From Cystobasidiomycetes sp. EMM_F5 (taxonomy: Eukaryota): a stretch of 64,000 nt of DNA. Every line of letters begins with the position of its first letter. Position 1 is the stretch's first letter. The stretch lies in the NCBI GenBank assembly GCA_051047955.1, contig JBPGPT010000009.1, positions 310,001 through 374,000 on the forward strand, given 5' to 3'. The notes under the pieces were generated by a model. It saw only the letters and a list, made by a program, of their open reading frames with translations. It did no database searches and was not told the origin of the DNA. Positions 38,414-51,500 of the stretch are shown here, one piece after another. A program made the position numbers and the translations under genes.

Positions 38414-38899
38414 TCAATGATGTCCGCCCTGGCTTGGATGGTATCCTTCATCTTTCCAGCCCAAGTCTCTGGCTGGTTTGCTCCACAGCATTGATGGGAT
38501 CCACCGCGTCGGCTGCACTGTACGGACCTGCCATGAAACTAAACGTCAGATAGTCGTCTTGAAGGAGATTCTCCGCAAACAAGCATACCTCTCGTTCAGC
38601 AGAGAATCTCCAAATCCCGTATGTAGCAAAGGCCATTCCTGTCGCGATGACAGCCGTATTGCTTGCCCAGTTTGTTGGCCTCGACCACCAACCACCGGCT
38701 TTTAAGGAGCAGGGACATATCTTGTGTCAGAGTCATCGGGCTTGAGCGCAGAGCTAGCTGCCTGCCTCACCTGGTGACCAGACTTGTTTCGGGAATGGAT
38801 ATTGGGAACCTCCGGCCATTCGGGGGAAAGTCGACCGCTGCGTAGGCGAATGACCGTCAGTTTGAGCCAGTACCTTGAGGCTGCAGGCCTGCTTACCAT
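38414..38899 (-). CDS. Mitochondrial complex I small accessory subunit (fungal YPKxVWSPAGGWW family, NUUM-like), 4 exons
   Basis: Spliced: M|RSTFPRMAGGSQYPFPKQVWSP|AGGWWSRPTNWASNTAVIATGMAFATYGIWRFSAERE|VRTVQPTRWIPSMLWSK. Confidence 0.72.
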
Positions 38900-39024
38900 A
38901 TTGCCTACGCCTGCTCAAGCTTCAGCCTTTGGGTGGGTCGTATGGAAACGCTCGATCAGAATCTTTGATCCAGGCTCTGTCCGCATCCAGCTTCGTCTTT
39001 TACGCTTGGAATCAATCTGCAATC

Positions 39025-39544
39025 ATGATTCCCTCGTTTGTGTGCTGCGCTGCGAAACGGCTGCGACCACGCAGCGCTACACCTGCCAATATTTTCAAGC
39101 AAGCCCAGGGAGGACTCTACGGCGGCAAAGTCAAGCAATACGGTAGGCTATCCTTCATTACGACTCAGACAATCGCTGATATCCAAGCACTCTGTCTTGC
39201 TAACAGGAAACAACGTCCCGGAATCGCATCAGAAGACCAGACGATCTTGGCTGCCCAACATACAACGAGCCCATCTGTACTCGGCAACATTGCGAGAGCT
39301 CATTCCGCTCAAATGTACTACTGCTGTGCTCAAAGATGTCGATAGTGCTGGAGGACTCGACGCGTACCTGCTGCATCCCCGCTATCAGGCAGTTCTAGGT
39401 CGAAAGGGTGCAGAAATCAGAGAGAAGCTTTTGTCTGCGAGAGCGGCTGCTCAGCGTGCGGCAGCGCAGCGAAGCCAGGCAATTGGTCAGACAGTCAGAG
39501 CCGATGACATCGCTGACGGGCAAGGAGATCTCGCTCTTGCATAA
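39025..39544 (+). CDS. MRPL24: Mitochondrial ribosomal protein bL28m
   Basis: FKQAQGGLYGGKVKQYG|NNVPESHQKTRRSWLPNI...LKDVDSAGGLDAYLL. Confidence 0.88.
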
Positions 39545-39644
39545 ATGTGTTGCATTGCAACATTGTGCAACAATAAGAGATTTCGTGAGCAAATCGTCTT
39601 GTCACAACAAGAGCAGATCTCATGTTCATTGATCCTCCTTATCC

Positions 39645-40064
39645 TCAGGCAACCTTCTTGCGTCCAGCTCCTACTCGGTTATTTGTCACTCTCGGCGCAC
39701 GGCCCTTCTCGACCACCTTACGCATGTACGACATTAGCTCCTTGGGTGTTCCATCACCGGCCTGATAACCTACAAAGATCTGGTACGCAAGAATAGCTGC
39801 ACCAATAACCAGCAGGACACCGATGTTTGCTGTATAGTCGGGAGACAATGTCAGCTGAAGTGCACGCGAAAACTGCACACACGAGCAGGACGGCTTACAG
39901 AAGATGAGATCGAGTCCTTCTTTTGCAACGTGGGCTGTTCCAGTAATGGTGCCCCATACGAGCGATACAATGCCGTTCAAGAATGCAAAGATTGCACGGA
40001 ACAAGCCCGTCACGATGGAGAGGATAGCATGGATGAGGTCGTTGATAGCTCCGCTGATACTCAT
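39645..40064 (-). CDS. Small hypothetical membrane protein (one 69-nt intron, 39830-39898)
   Basis: Amphipathic N-terminus, TM segment NIGVLLVIGAAILAY and a basic tail. Confidence 0.7.
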   Translation of the reverse strand: MSISGAINDLIHAILSIVTGLFRAIFAFLNGIVSLVWGTITGTAHVAKEGLDLIFCKPSCSCVQFSRALQLTLSPDYTANIGVLLVIGAAILAYQIFVGYQAGDGTPKELMSYMRKVVEKGRAPRVTNNRVGAGRKKVA

Positions 40065-40340
40065 GTTTGTTGTGCGTGTGTAGCAGCTACTTTTACTAGC
40101 AGTGATGATGTGTTTGAAGCAGAGGGGGGTCATTGCAGGTCCTGGCGCATCCCCTTGGTGTGCCTGACATCACGTGCAGTTTAGACGTCACCCGCACAAC
40201 AGTCCTGACGTCGAATACAAAGCAGCGCGTTTCATGTCCGGAACTTGTGAATGCTTCGTCGCCTATGGGCTACAGAGTGATGCATTCTTGCACGACCAGC
40301 CCGCTAGCTGATAGAGAGAATCCCTGGCATATGTATAAGA

Positions 40341-42027
40341 TCAAGCTTCCTCTATGCTGGCGCCTTCGCCATTCTCATCCGCAGATCCTTCATCATCTTG
40401 CGCTTGCTCATCATCACTTTCGTTCTCGTCGGCGTTCTCCTCGTTGTCAGACTGGGGGTGAAGCATATCGTTTACGAGCAATACGAGTGGAGACATGGCT
40501 GCCACTACGTCGCCAATCTTCGTCATGAAAGTTTCGCTAAGAACTGTCTGATCATCGAAGCTGTCAAACATGTGATCAGCGCACAGCAACGGCTGGTACC
40601 AGCAGCAGTGTTTCTTACTTGTATACCACTCCGATAGTCCGCAATTTGAGCAAGTCGATGTCTTTATGATTCTTGTCGACCCCATTCATTTTGGGGGCTA
40701 TCTTGAGGGCATCGTCTGCGCCAAACACATTGCACCGTTTCCCCTTGCCTTTGCCATCCGGTTTCGCAGGCCCGAAATGCTTGACAAAATTGGCATCGCT
40801 GATCACCCTGCGAAATGGCTTACTACTTCGTAAGATGTTGCTGCGTATAGTTGCAAGGTCGTTCTTGGGCGGATCCCACCGGCCACCTGCTAGCAATGAA
40901 TTGCCAGGCGCAATCTGCAAGTAGTATCCGGCAAAGGGGCCTTTTCGTCTGGAACGAGAGACTTGATTTCAGCTTCTCCACGTTGCAGTAGTTCTGTACA
41001 CCACAAGACGCACCCAGTTCTGGAAAAGCTCGCAGAGAAGTTCCGCTTATATGGCGTTTTATCTTGAGAGAATCGCACATCACGATAGATGCGGTGAATG
41101 AGCTCCTTCGCAGGCAATTCCGGTATGGACCAATCGCCTCGTTGAAACTCTGTTTGTACGGCTCCAACGAAGTCTTGCCACTGCATGCAGCGCACGGTAA
41201 GTCGCAGAACTAAGCAGACCACACATGTGGTTGTGATGGACGTACGTTCTTTAACGCGTGCCGATATCTCGCATCTGTGCGATTGCTCAGACCAATGGGA
41301 ATCAAAGCGATTGGTAGTAGGGCTCACCATTCTTTGCAAACCATTCTCTGTCATTGTTAGCTATCATGTCCCGCAAGAACTTCATCGTATTCGGGTCTAT
41401 TATGCCGGCCTCAACCGTCGAGGTAGGTGCTTTGACGAGCTTTGTTCGCACCACCTTGCGGCCATCGCCAAGATCTTTCTCCTCTTCCTCGTCTTCGTCA
41501 CTATCGTTCTCGTCTTCGTAGTCGGAAATTTGAGCCTTGTCATTGCTGCTCGTTTTCTGTTTCTTGCTACTGCTACCACCGTTAGACTTTTTCGCAGAGT
41601 CGCCCTTCTTGCGCTTGATGGGAGTCTTCTTCTTCTTTTTTGAGTCCACGGCCATATCAATGACGCCCTCCTTCTCGTTGTCGGAACTGTCGTCTTTTAT
41701 AGATAGCTCCTCATCGTCAATATCTTCTGAAGCGACATCGTCGGTATCGTCATCATCCTCCAGACCCGACGCGTTCTTCAAATCATCACTGTCTGCCTTG
41801 AACTCGTCTGCGTCGTCGGGATCATCTGACGATGTACTCGTTTCTGACGCGGATAGGTCATCATACTGTATGGTCTTCTCCGCCTTTTTCTGTCGGCGCA
41901 GGATGGCATCCTGAGCTTTACTGGCGCGCTGGGCGGAGCCTCTTGTTGAGTGTGTAGGACCGTCGGAGTTCGAAGCCGTGTCGTCCAGGCTCTTAATCTT
42001 CGTTTGCGTTGACGCACCGCGGGCCAT
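40341..42027 (-). CDS. DUF2461 family protein with acidic/basic terminal extensions
   Basis: MKFLRDMIANNDREWFAKN; IHRIYRDVRFSQDKTPYK; YYLQIAPG; LKIAPK...HKDIDLLKLR. Confidence 0.88.
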
Positions 42028-42243
42028 CTCAGAAATTGTGCGCGGAAATGGCAGCCAATCAGACACGGATTAGGCGCAGCATGAGCTTTGGATAGCAGAG
42101 ACAGAGGCACACGACTGTACGGTGTACGGAGTGCTCCAAGACAGCCATCATCTCCCGCGTAAAATGCACGCCGAATCTTCGATCGTTTGTCTCACAGGCG
42201 TAACATGTGTTTGGACTGCTTGGACGCTGCCTACCCGCCAAGT

Positions 42244-43060
42244 ATGCCTCACAAACGCGCGAAACGTAGCGTACGAGATGCCGAATCTGCAGCGAAAGGC
42301 TTCAATAACGCCCCGACGGGCAGTGACAGCCTAAAAGACAGCAAGGATGCCGAGTTTGGAGGGATGAGCAAGAGCTTGTATCGAATACTAAATGCCGACA
42401 AGATCCGAAGCGAGAAACGCATGCGAGATGTAGAGCGCAAACGCAAGGCAGAGGACGGCGAGCCATCGAGTGGACCATCGAGCAAGAAGCTGAAAATTAT
42501 GCCCAATGAAAACCTGAGGACCTTCAACCAGTGCCTCTATATTTTTATCATCTCATTACCATTGCACTGACACCTGTCGCTTCTGCAGGCGTGTAGAAAT
42601 TAGCATGCGGAACGAAATCAGTACAGCGTTAAAGTCCTCCAAGAATGCTCGGAAAAAGGCCAAGCTGTCACGGTCTGCGGCAGCTAAAGAAGCGCAAGAG
42701 GCTGAAGAAGCTGCGCTCTCGCGTCCTCCTCCCCGTCGCAATGACCACGGCGAAGAGCAAACGAGGGCATCGGATTTCGCAGGCCGGGAGCGAGTCAGTC
42801 TAAATGACGTTGCAATGGCTCCGCCTGCCTTGAACTTTGGCAAGAGGAAGTTCACAAAGTCAGACAGCGCGTCTGACCGGGCGCCCATAAGTCTCAAGCA
42901 GAAGGAAGAGCTCAACCAGGCTCGCGAGCAGGCTATTGCGAGGCAAGGCGAACTCTGCTGACGCCGAGCTTAGAACTCCAGCTGATATCTTCCTCCTACT
43001 TCCAGGTATCGGGAAATCAAAGCCAAGCAGATGCAGGGCCAACCCGCTGTGCATCAATGA
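42244..43060 (+). CDS. Basic coiled-coil protein, CCDC137-like
   Basis: MPHKRAKRSVR; LKIMPNENLRTFNQRVE; SLNDVAMAPP; REQAIARYREIK (joined across a GC-AG intron). Confidence 0.7.
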
Positions 43061-43298
43061 CCTTATCGCCACTCGGCTGCCGCAGCCTATTCATTCTGCG
43101 CGTAGCATTCCCGACATGACAACGTGCCACGACTTAGTGACAGTGCTCCTGTTGTTGTATTCGTTGTCTACTTTGTCGAAGAATGCTAAGGTGCTTATCC
43201 ATCGTGTTTGTGCTCTTCTGTTCTTTGCCAACAACAACCTTGCTCAGAGAACGGCACCGCAAGTCAACAACACTGTGCTCGACTGCTCGACAGCAGTA

Positions 43299-45203
43299 AT
43301 GCACAGGCTTCTGCGGTCATCCGGTCGGTCTCTGCCGCCAGGCTTCTTTACGCCGAGCAATACTCGAGCGGGAGGCTCAGCTGCAACAGCCGCAGAGCCA
43401 GCGTGGAGCCGCGTGCAGCGATTCAGCGATTCATCGAGGTCGCGACCACCAAGTAGGAGTAGGAAGGATGGTGCAAGCCCGGCGAAAGCGGCCGCTGCAA
43501 CAGTGTCCAAGTCTGCGCTGAATAACGGACAGCCGACGCCGTCAGTACCGGTCGAAGGCCAGGATGGTGCAGAGAGCCAGCCTGATACGAATGCAGAGGG
43601 CCCTTCAATACAAGCGAAACCGAGCTCAGTGGCAGAAGAGCCAACGCAAGCCACTGCGTCGACCAAGTCATCGTCACGGCGTGGTCCGAGGTTCTTCGTC
43701 CACAACGCCCCGCCGGAAACACCGCACTACCTACAAGGTCTCCAACACGTTCCCATCCTAACAGCCACCCCGCACCAAGTTGCACTCGACCAATTTTACT
43801 CGAGTGGCAGACCCTTACTCGAAGTCACTCTGCCCCCAAGCCATCGACATCAGCCTTCGAGAAAAGACCGCAAGATGCTATACGAGGGAGACAAGGAGTT
43901 TGAGCTGAGAAATCAGCCGAAAGCAAGACAACAAGCGGCAATAGACGAAGTTGCCGACGATGAGCCTGGCGAATATGATGCATACTTGATAACAGAGCCC
44001 GAGGGCGCTGATCCAGCTTGGGGAGAAGGTGCAGACCGATTTCTGGCTAGTATGGATCATACAGTGTCTCCGCCTATTCACGCCCCTTCGCCCTCGACAG
44101 TCAGCAAACCCCCATCGCAGAAACGGCAAAATATCGATTATCTTTTTCCAGTACAAGCAGAACAGAGGCGCCAAGCGGCCGAAGATGCTCGGATTGCTAG
44201 CGCACGTCAGTCTATAGTCATACCAGCGCATCGCAACAACATGAAGGCCGCCATGGCCGCCAAAGGACAAACCGGTCTTGGTAATTTTCTGCGTGCCGGA
44301 CGAGGCGAGATGTCTGCTCCTTCACTGGCTTCTAGATTCCTCGGCTCGCAAGAATTGAAGTCTAGATGGAGCAGTGCGTGGGATTTTGAAGACATTCGGC
44401 ATGCACTAGCTACGATGGTCAAACAGCGGCAAGAGCGCTCAGCAGTATCTTCGTCAAATAAGGCTGACTATGAAGGCATGAAGAAGCCGCTCGAACGCCT
44501 TCGTCAGACATCGCGATCTGTCTTACGCACCCGCTCACAGTTGCGGCGAGCGAAGCGTGTCGCTACAGTCAGCCGGCAGGACATTCCCTCCGGAGAGCTG
44601 TTGATCATCAGCATGCCAGACGTGGGTGACTTTGGTGGGAAAGGAGCCTCAGCTGGGGACAAGGCTGCCATCGCCAAGGAGATACATGATGTGATACAGC
44701 AAGCTGGCAAATTTGTCAACTTTTTCCAAAAGAGTTCTGCTGATCTTGATGGGCTTCCGCGCTCAACCTCTGCAAGTATGGAGATTGAGATTGTCGACAT
44801 TGATGGCGAAAGCGGCAAATTCACTCGGCGAAGCCAAGCGGGACAGTCGGACTTTCTTCCAGCCGAGGATGTGGTCATCGAAGACGATGCAGGCAGCCGC
44901 ACGCAATCAGACCTGGCAAAAGCTGGCTTGCTGGGTCCGCGGATATCTATCGTACAGGCATCCCGAGGGCGCAGCTTGCGACCGACCTTACGAGAGCGTC
45001 TAGCTCTTCGTGGTGTCGACCTCGTAGGGAGTCACAAGACGGTTGAGATGGATTCCGTCAAGCGGAAGCGAAGAAAGCGCATCAGCAAGCACAAGTCAGT
45101 CGTCGCAATGCATGACCGGGATACTGTGTACTAAATGTCCATCTTCAGATACAAGAAGCGTAGAAAGCTGACAAGACCGGAACGACGACGCACTGGAAAG
45201 TAA
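43299..45203 (+). CDS. COX24: Mitochondrial mS38/Cox24-like protein (DUF1713 C-terminus)
   Basis: Arg/Ser-rich presequence-like N-terminus; C-terminus MDSVKRKRRKRISKHK|YKKRRKLTRPERRR. Confidence 0.78.
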
Positions 45204-45431
45204 TCTGATACGGCAGTTTATAAAGGTAGTTGCAGAAGACTCAAAACATTTCCACCATGACATGATGATGTACGGCTTCAACGTCTGTTAGTATCGTTGG
45301 TCGCATTGGTTGCATTCCAGATTTTTGCGAGTGACACCAAGTTATTGCTGCGCGACTGATTGGCCCGTCGCCGGATTTTGCCGGAGGCTCCGGGTGCAGG
45401 TCGCTAGTCTTTGTCTTTGCACGAAGCAAAC

Positions 45432-46332
45432 ATGGCAGCCCAGAGGATGTTTTCGCCAACGCTACTCAGGGCTACTGCACGGCAACTCGTCCAGCCGACG
45501 GCCTCCAGCTCGCGGGCGTTCAGTGCTGGTCAGTGGAGAGCCAGCTCGGTGGGGATGAGCAGTAAAGGCTGAAATTCACCGTCAATACGCTCGACTTGGC
45601 TCTGGGATGATACGTCTTAACACTGTGCAGCTCGTACACTCGCCGTGCAGCCAGCGCAGAAGCTTCAGGCCGCCTCCGTGTTGACGCAGGGTCGTGAGTG
45701 GCCATATCGATCTCCGATGCTACGATGGCGTCTGCGGCTTCTGACACGCTAGATACACCTACAGCGTATGTGAAGGGTACTGTCAACGATGCAACGACTT
45801 TCCCTACTCCCGTAAGGTTGCGAAGTGCTGTTTCAGTCGCCTTCCGAAACAGATTGTACATTGAAGGCACCGAAGCTAATTGCTTGCCGATGACAGTCCA
45901 AGACCCACGGTTCATACCACTGGACATTTGAGCGCCTTTTATCGGCCGGCTTGATCCCTATGGTGGCCGCAACTGCTGTCACGTCGGCAAACCCAATTCT
46001 GGATGGCATTCTGTCTGTTTCGCTCGTTCTGCATTCTCACCTCGTATGTGCAGCCTTGCGCGTCATCGATAGCGACTGTGCTGAGGGGTTTCTATCAGGG
46101 CTTTGACGCATGCCTCGTAGATTATTTGCATGAGCGCAAGTTCCCCGTGCTGGGACCGCTCTTCAAGTGGGTCCTGCGTTTCGCATCGGGAGCAACTCTG
46201 TATGGTCTGTACGAATTCAACACCAATGACATTGGTGCGTGAAGGCGGTCGATATAGACTATCAGTAGCCTGCTGATGTTTCCGTTCTGCTTAGGCTTGA
46301 CGGAGCTGGTCAAGCGTGCTTGGACTGCGTGA
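45432..46332 (+). CDS. SDH4: Succinate dehydrogenase cytochrome b small subunit (CybS)
   Basis: YVKGTVNDATTFP|SKTHGSYHWTFERLLS; LHSHL|GFDACLVDY; YEFNTNDIGLTELVKRAW. Confidence 0.93.
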
Positions 46333-46594
46333 TTTGATATTTCCGCAAAGATGACAGTACTATAGCGTACGTGGCGCGTCGTTGTAAAAGTCGAAGGCGG
46401 ATCATTCGTGCCAAAGTATAGCGTCGCCATGTCTACTGTACCGAATTGAAGGGTTTTCGCTGCTCGGCCTTCGCTCACACATGCGGAAAAAGTATATAAA
46501 TTGCATCTGTGAGACCTTGTAAGGGTAGTGCAGTTGTATGCGACCTTTGCGATCGTCGGAGCACTGGTGATCTTCCAGGTTGACTCAGTTCCAA

Positions 46595-47050
46595 ATGTCA
46601 CAGCCTAGCAAAGCTGAGCGCGAAGCGTGGAAGACTACTGCACTGGGCTACGTTGATGAAGTCGCTATCCATCGCTTCATGCACGCTGAGCTGACTCACA
46701 TCGATAAAACAAAAAGCGAAGTCCGTTTCACGACGGCGAAACAGCATCTCACGCCGCTCGGGACGTTACATGCTGGGACAATGTATATAACGCTAGAGCT
46801 TGCAAACGTTATTGCAAGCTTGCCGCATGCCGCAATCGATGAGAACATGTCTTCGATCCGTCACTCCGTCAGTTTACTTGGGACCGTCAGCGGAGAGGGT
46901 CACGAAATACAAGTCTCGTCCCGTCTGGTGAAACGAGGGAGAAACATAGCTTTCTTTGAGGCGGAAGCTGTCGTTGAGAAGACGGGATTGGTCCTGGCTA
47001 GGAGTCAGACCATTAAAGTCATCTCTAGAATCGAAAAGGCAAAGCTTTAA
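46595..47050 (+). CDS. PaaI-type hotdog-fold thioesterase, intronless, with C-terminal PTS1 (AKL)
   Basis: TPLGTLHAGTMYITLE (HGG-like motif); SRLVKRGRNIAFFEAE; ends KAKL*. Confidence 0.8.
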   Translation: MSQPSKAEREAWKTTALGYVDEVAIHRFMHAELTHIDKTKSEVRFTTAKQHLTPLGTLHAGTMYITLELANVIASLPHAAIDENMSSIRHSVSLLGTVSGEGHEIQVSSRLVKRGRNIAFFEAEAVVEKTGLVLARSQTIKVISRIEKAKL

Positions 47051-47617
47051 GCTGATACAAGGCGGCTCGCTTGAATGCTCCTTCAATTGATATCGCAGAG
47101 TTTACGTAGGTACCTGTCACCGATGCTCGTCGTTCGCAGCTAATCCACCTACTACAGTACATATGACAAGGACTGCGTAATCCGACGATGCCCCATCTGA
47201 TTGGTCCGCCCGGCACAACGCACACCCACACACAGGTGGACGTCTTGCGCAACGGCCATACAACTTGGCGAGTGGAGTACTGTCCTTCAAATGCGCTGCC
47301 ATTCGTCGAGATGATGTTGCGGAAGATATTGAGAAGCAAGCCTCAACGTCCTGTTGTCCTTATTGTGTCGCAACGCTAGATGTTACACGGGTAAGGTGTA
47401 ATTCATCCTACCATGCCCAAGCGACACTCGCAAGGTAAATTCAAAAATTACGACGGTTTGGGCCATAGGGTATACACAAGGATTGTAGCGTGATTATACA
47501 AACACGCGTAGATTGATGACGGGGAGCTCGAGAATATGCCAGAATCGATTTCTATTGCTGTGTTGCTTGGGAACCATTGCCTTGCTTGGTCTGCTTCATG
47601 ACGACCGTTTAATACGT

Positions 47618-48404
47618 ATGCCTGATGACCTTGTTGTGGTCAAGAAAGATGAACAGCCAGCCATAACGACCAGCGACATTTCGTATCGCACATACATTGA
47701 CGAGGATGATATCCCGGCCATCGTCGAACTCATCGCGCCGCAGCTGAGCGAACCCTACTCGGTCTACTGCTACCGGTATTTTCTCCATGGCTGGTATGTC
47801 CGAAGCAGTAAACTCTCAGCAAGCTTCTGATTGCCATTTACAGGCCTCAGCTCTGCTTCTTTGTACGGCTACAAATGGTAAATACCTGCTGATATTTTGG
47901 CTGACGCACCTGAGAATTGCAGGCCCATCATGACAAGCGCGCAGTCGGTGTCATCGTCTGCAAGCAGGAACTCCACCGTGATCGCATCAGCAGAGGGTAC
48001 ATTGCGATGCTGTCGACAGATCCGGCGTATCGGAAACTTGGCATCGGTACTTTCCTTATGCTGATATAACGACTTGACCGGCTGAGCGACGGCTTCAATT
48101 AGCTACCACTCTTGTTACAAGAGCTATCGCGGCTATGATAGTGGACGGTGCTCAAGAGGTACATGAGAAAATGCTCAAAACGGACGCGAGTCTGACTTAT
48201 CATGCCACATGATAGATTGTGCTGGAAACCGAAGTCGATAATCAGAAGGCCTTGAAACTCTACGAACGTCTGGGTTTCATTCGCACCAAGAGGCTCTACA
48301 GATTCTACCTCAATGCCAATGATGCTTTCCGACTGTGTCTACCACTCTCGGATGCCAAAGTGAGCTCTGCCTCGCAGGATGCGAAAGAAGTCGAAGAACA
48401 GTGA
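47618..48404 (+). CDS. MAK3: NatC N-terminal acetyltransferase catalytic subunit Naa30/Mak3
   Basis: [61 protein letters not shown]. Confidence 0.93.
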
Positions 48405-48549
48405 CTCGCGCACGGCCTGTGTTTCCGCGCCGGATTAAGACAAGTTGTATACATGAGAACCGGCTTCGCACCAAACATACAACGACACGAGAGAGGACTA
48501 CCATGATTGCATTCGGATTACTACAGGGATCCGCTGGAGCGGCACCTGG

Positions 48550-51500
48550 CTATCGCTCAGGTGATGAAGGCGGAGTAGCAACTGCTTGGGTACGGCCTTT
48601 GCCACGGCCACGTGCAGCGACAGTAGCCTTCTTGCGAGTCTTGCGCTGGGCTTTCTGCTCAATCGCAGCATTCTCTTGGCCAGTCCTCTTGTGCTCCTCC
48701 AACGCCTTCTCAAATTCGAGGAGGTCAGCTTCGTTTTTGGTAGCCTTATTGGTACGCGCTTTGTTCAAGATTTCGACAAAATAGCGGTATACCACCTCTT
48801 CTCGCAACTTGTCTTGATAGAAGGGCAGGCCCTGCACCGATTGCGATTTCAGCTCGGCTCGTATGCGTGCCTAAAACATGTCGACCCACCTCTACTAATT
48901 TCTTGACCGAGCGCTCCGATTTGAAAGGCAGCAGAGACATGCAGAACGCAATGTCTCTCCATTGCCTCTCATCCGTCACCAGGCGGAATCTCTGACATAG
49001 CTTCTCGATAATAGACTCCGCTTGCTTTTCCTGCAAAGATGATCATGAGCACCCAATAACTGACGACAACTGCCGTGCGTACCTTTTCGATATAGCGGAA
49101 GATATACTTCATTATTGCTTGATATGCTTCCTCATCAACGGCATGGTGGCCTACTGACAAATGGCTAATGATCTGGAGACAGGCAATCAGTATTTGTGTG
49201 GTGCAGAATCTTCGCTGGACCAGTCCGTACATCTGGGAGGTTATTGTAGATGGCATTCTCCTTCGACGCCAGTTCCTCAAAGAATAACTTCGCAAAGTCT
49301 GATATCCGACTCTCCTCGTCTTGCAAGCATTTCGCCATTTCACCCAATTGACCTTTCACTTTGATCATGCCGTTGAGAATTAGGTGCGTTAGAACCATGA
49401 GTGTATTCTTCTTGACTGTAAGGTCACGATCTGTCAACCCAGCATACAGACGATCGCTGTTCTGGTCCATGAGCGTGCTGAAGCAAACTGCGATGTCGCC
49501 AAGAGCGATCACAATGTTGCTCCGTATGACAGGATCGCTGGCTGTCTCCAGAAGTTTGAATAGAAGCATGAGGTGATCTTCGCAAAATTGCGCGCTAACA
49601 CACATAAATTTGCTCATGGCAGAAACGGCTGCTACACGCAGTGTTCGATTCTGAGGTAACATTTTGAGCGGACTGTAAAGGTTATGAGAATACGGAGCCT
49701 ACCTTATAGAGGCGAGGTTGCGAGCAGATCGCCACAGACATGGGACCGAATATGGCTAGGAGAGATTGCGGTCCGTACAGGAGTTCCTTCTCCTTCGATG
49801 CAGCAACTACATCGGCGATGTCATCTTCGACAGACCCGACGACATTGTCGAGCTCTTCCCGCTCGGCAGTCTTGGTTGTGTCTTTCTTTTCTGTTTCAGC
49901 TTTACGCCGCTTGAACTCGCGTTCCAGCAATTCCAGATGCAGTAATTGTTTAACAGATACATGGCCAGCCGCAAAAAGCAGCTGGGCAAGCTCAAAAGCG
50001 TTAGCCGTATCGGTCTGTTGCTCCCCTTGTTTCGGCTGCGGGGTGGACTCCGGCATTTGCGATGCTTCGGGTTCGAAAGTTGTGTCGCGGATTGTCTGTG
50101 TTTGCAGAGTCTCCTGCATGTCCATCTCGGTTTCTTCTTCCTTGCTATGTTGCAGCGCTTGCCGCCCGAAGAGTCGGATAGTCATATGCTGTATAATGGA
50201 GGAGCAAAGCCCGTCTGGTTGTTCGCCAAGGGCGTAAATAGTGTCGATTGCTTGCTCTGCCATGCTGAACCACTCCTGATCTACAGTAGGGTTCTCAACA
50301 GCCTCCATCAACCGAGCAAAGATGAGGTTGTCCATAGGCAGACGGACGGCATGATCTTGTAGAGCACCTTTGACCTTCTTCTGAGTTCCGCCTATTCTCC
50401 TCAGGGCCAAGCAAGTGTACCTCGCCAAAACATAATCGGACTAGTAGCATGGCCATAGTGGTCAGCAAGTGGATCACCGTATTGTGGAACTTGTAGATCA
50501 CCTTGCCCAGATCGCCGAGGCCTACCCTCAGAAGTAAGTCGAGATGATCGGAGACTATTTGTGGCTTTGCAGTGGCGAGCATGCCCAATACGATAATTGC
50601 ACCTCGCCGCTGCTCCTTCGGTATGTCCTTGTGAGAGCCTGGAACCAGATACGTCAGTGGAGAGCCACCGTCACAATCACATTGCTTAACTTACTATACA
50701 CTTGCCACAAACGCGATATAACGTCGTCGTGAATAGCCGTATCTCGATCAGCCATGAGGATGCTCATGAGCTGCTCAAGAGACGTCAATTCAGCGAGCGT
50801 CGCGCCATACGTCAAGCTAGGATCGTATACTTCAGCTAACCAATCAGGGCGTGGGTTGGAGAACTTACGTGACAAGATTCTGAGTGATGCGATTGATGTT
50901 CTGTACCGGTGACAAACCCTTCAACGGGTCAAAATACAGAGAACGGTAGCATTCGATCAATCGAGATCTGACGCCTTTGACTTCTTGGCCATCTTCTACA
51001 GTCGAGTTGTCTTTTGCCCATACTAGGTGTAGCATACGCTTGACTCCCGTCTGGAAAGAAACCATAAGCTAATGCGCAATTCGAAGATTGCTGCAGACCC
51101 TACATCCGCATTAGCGATTTTGTATTCAGTGGCAATCTTGAAGAACTCGATAGATTCGAGAACCTCGCTCTTTGCTTTGCTGGCCAACAATTTCTCAACG
51201 TTTGGAATGGCCTTCTCTATCTCGTTGATGAAGACCAGCGCATCAGAGTAGTATCGCTTGGTCAGTCGAAGCTTGGCTAGCTTGTCTTGATCGAGTTGCG
51301 CGAAAGCTTGTTCGATGGCCATAGTCGATCTACGACCGGCAGCTCCGGACTGTTTCCGCTTCTTGCGCTCGGCTTTGGCATGAGAAGCTTTCCGTTTCCG
51401 TTCCTCGCGCGTTTCATCATCATCAGGGGAATCTGAATCGGAATCATCAAGACCACTATCATCTGAATGCTCTTCAGTCTTGACTTTGGTTTTGGCACCG

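Noticed and set aside
42936..43298. N-terminal 121 codons of the 732-aa ORF
   Set aside because: Non-ATG start overlapping the previous gene's intron and last exon; ATG 43299 with a presequence-like N-terminus is the likely start.
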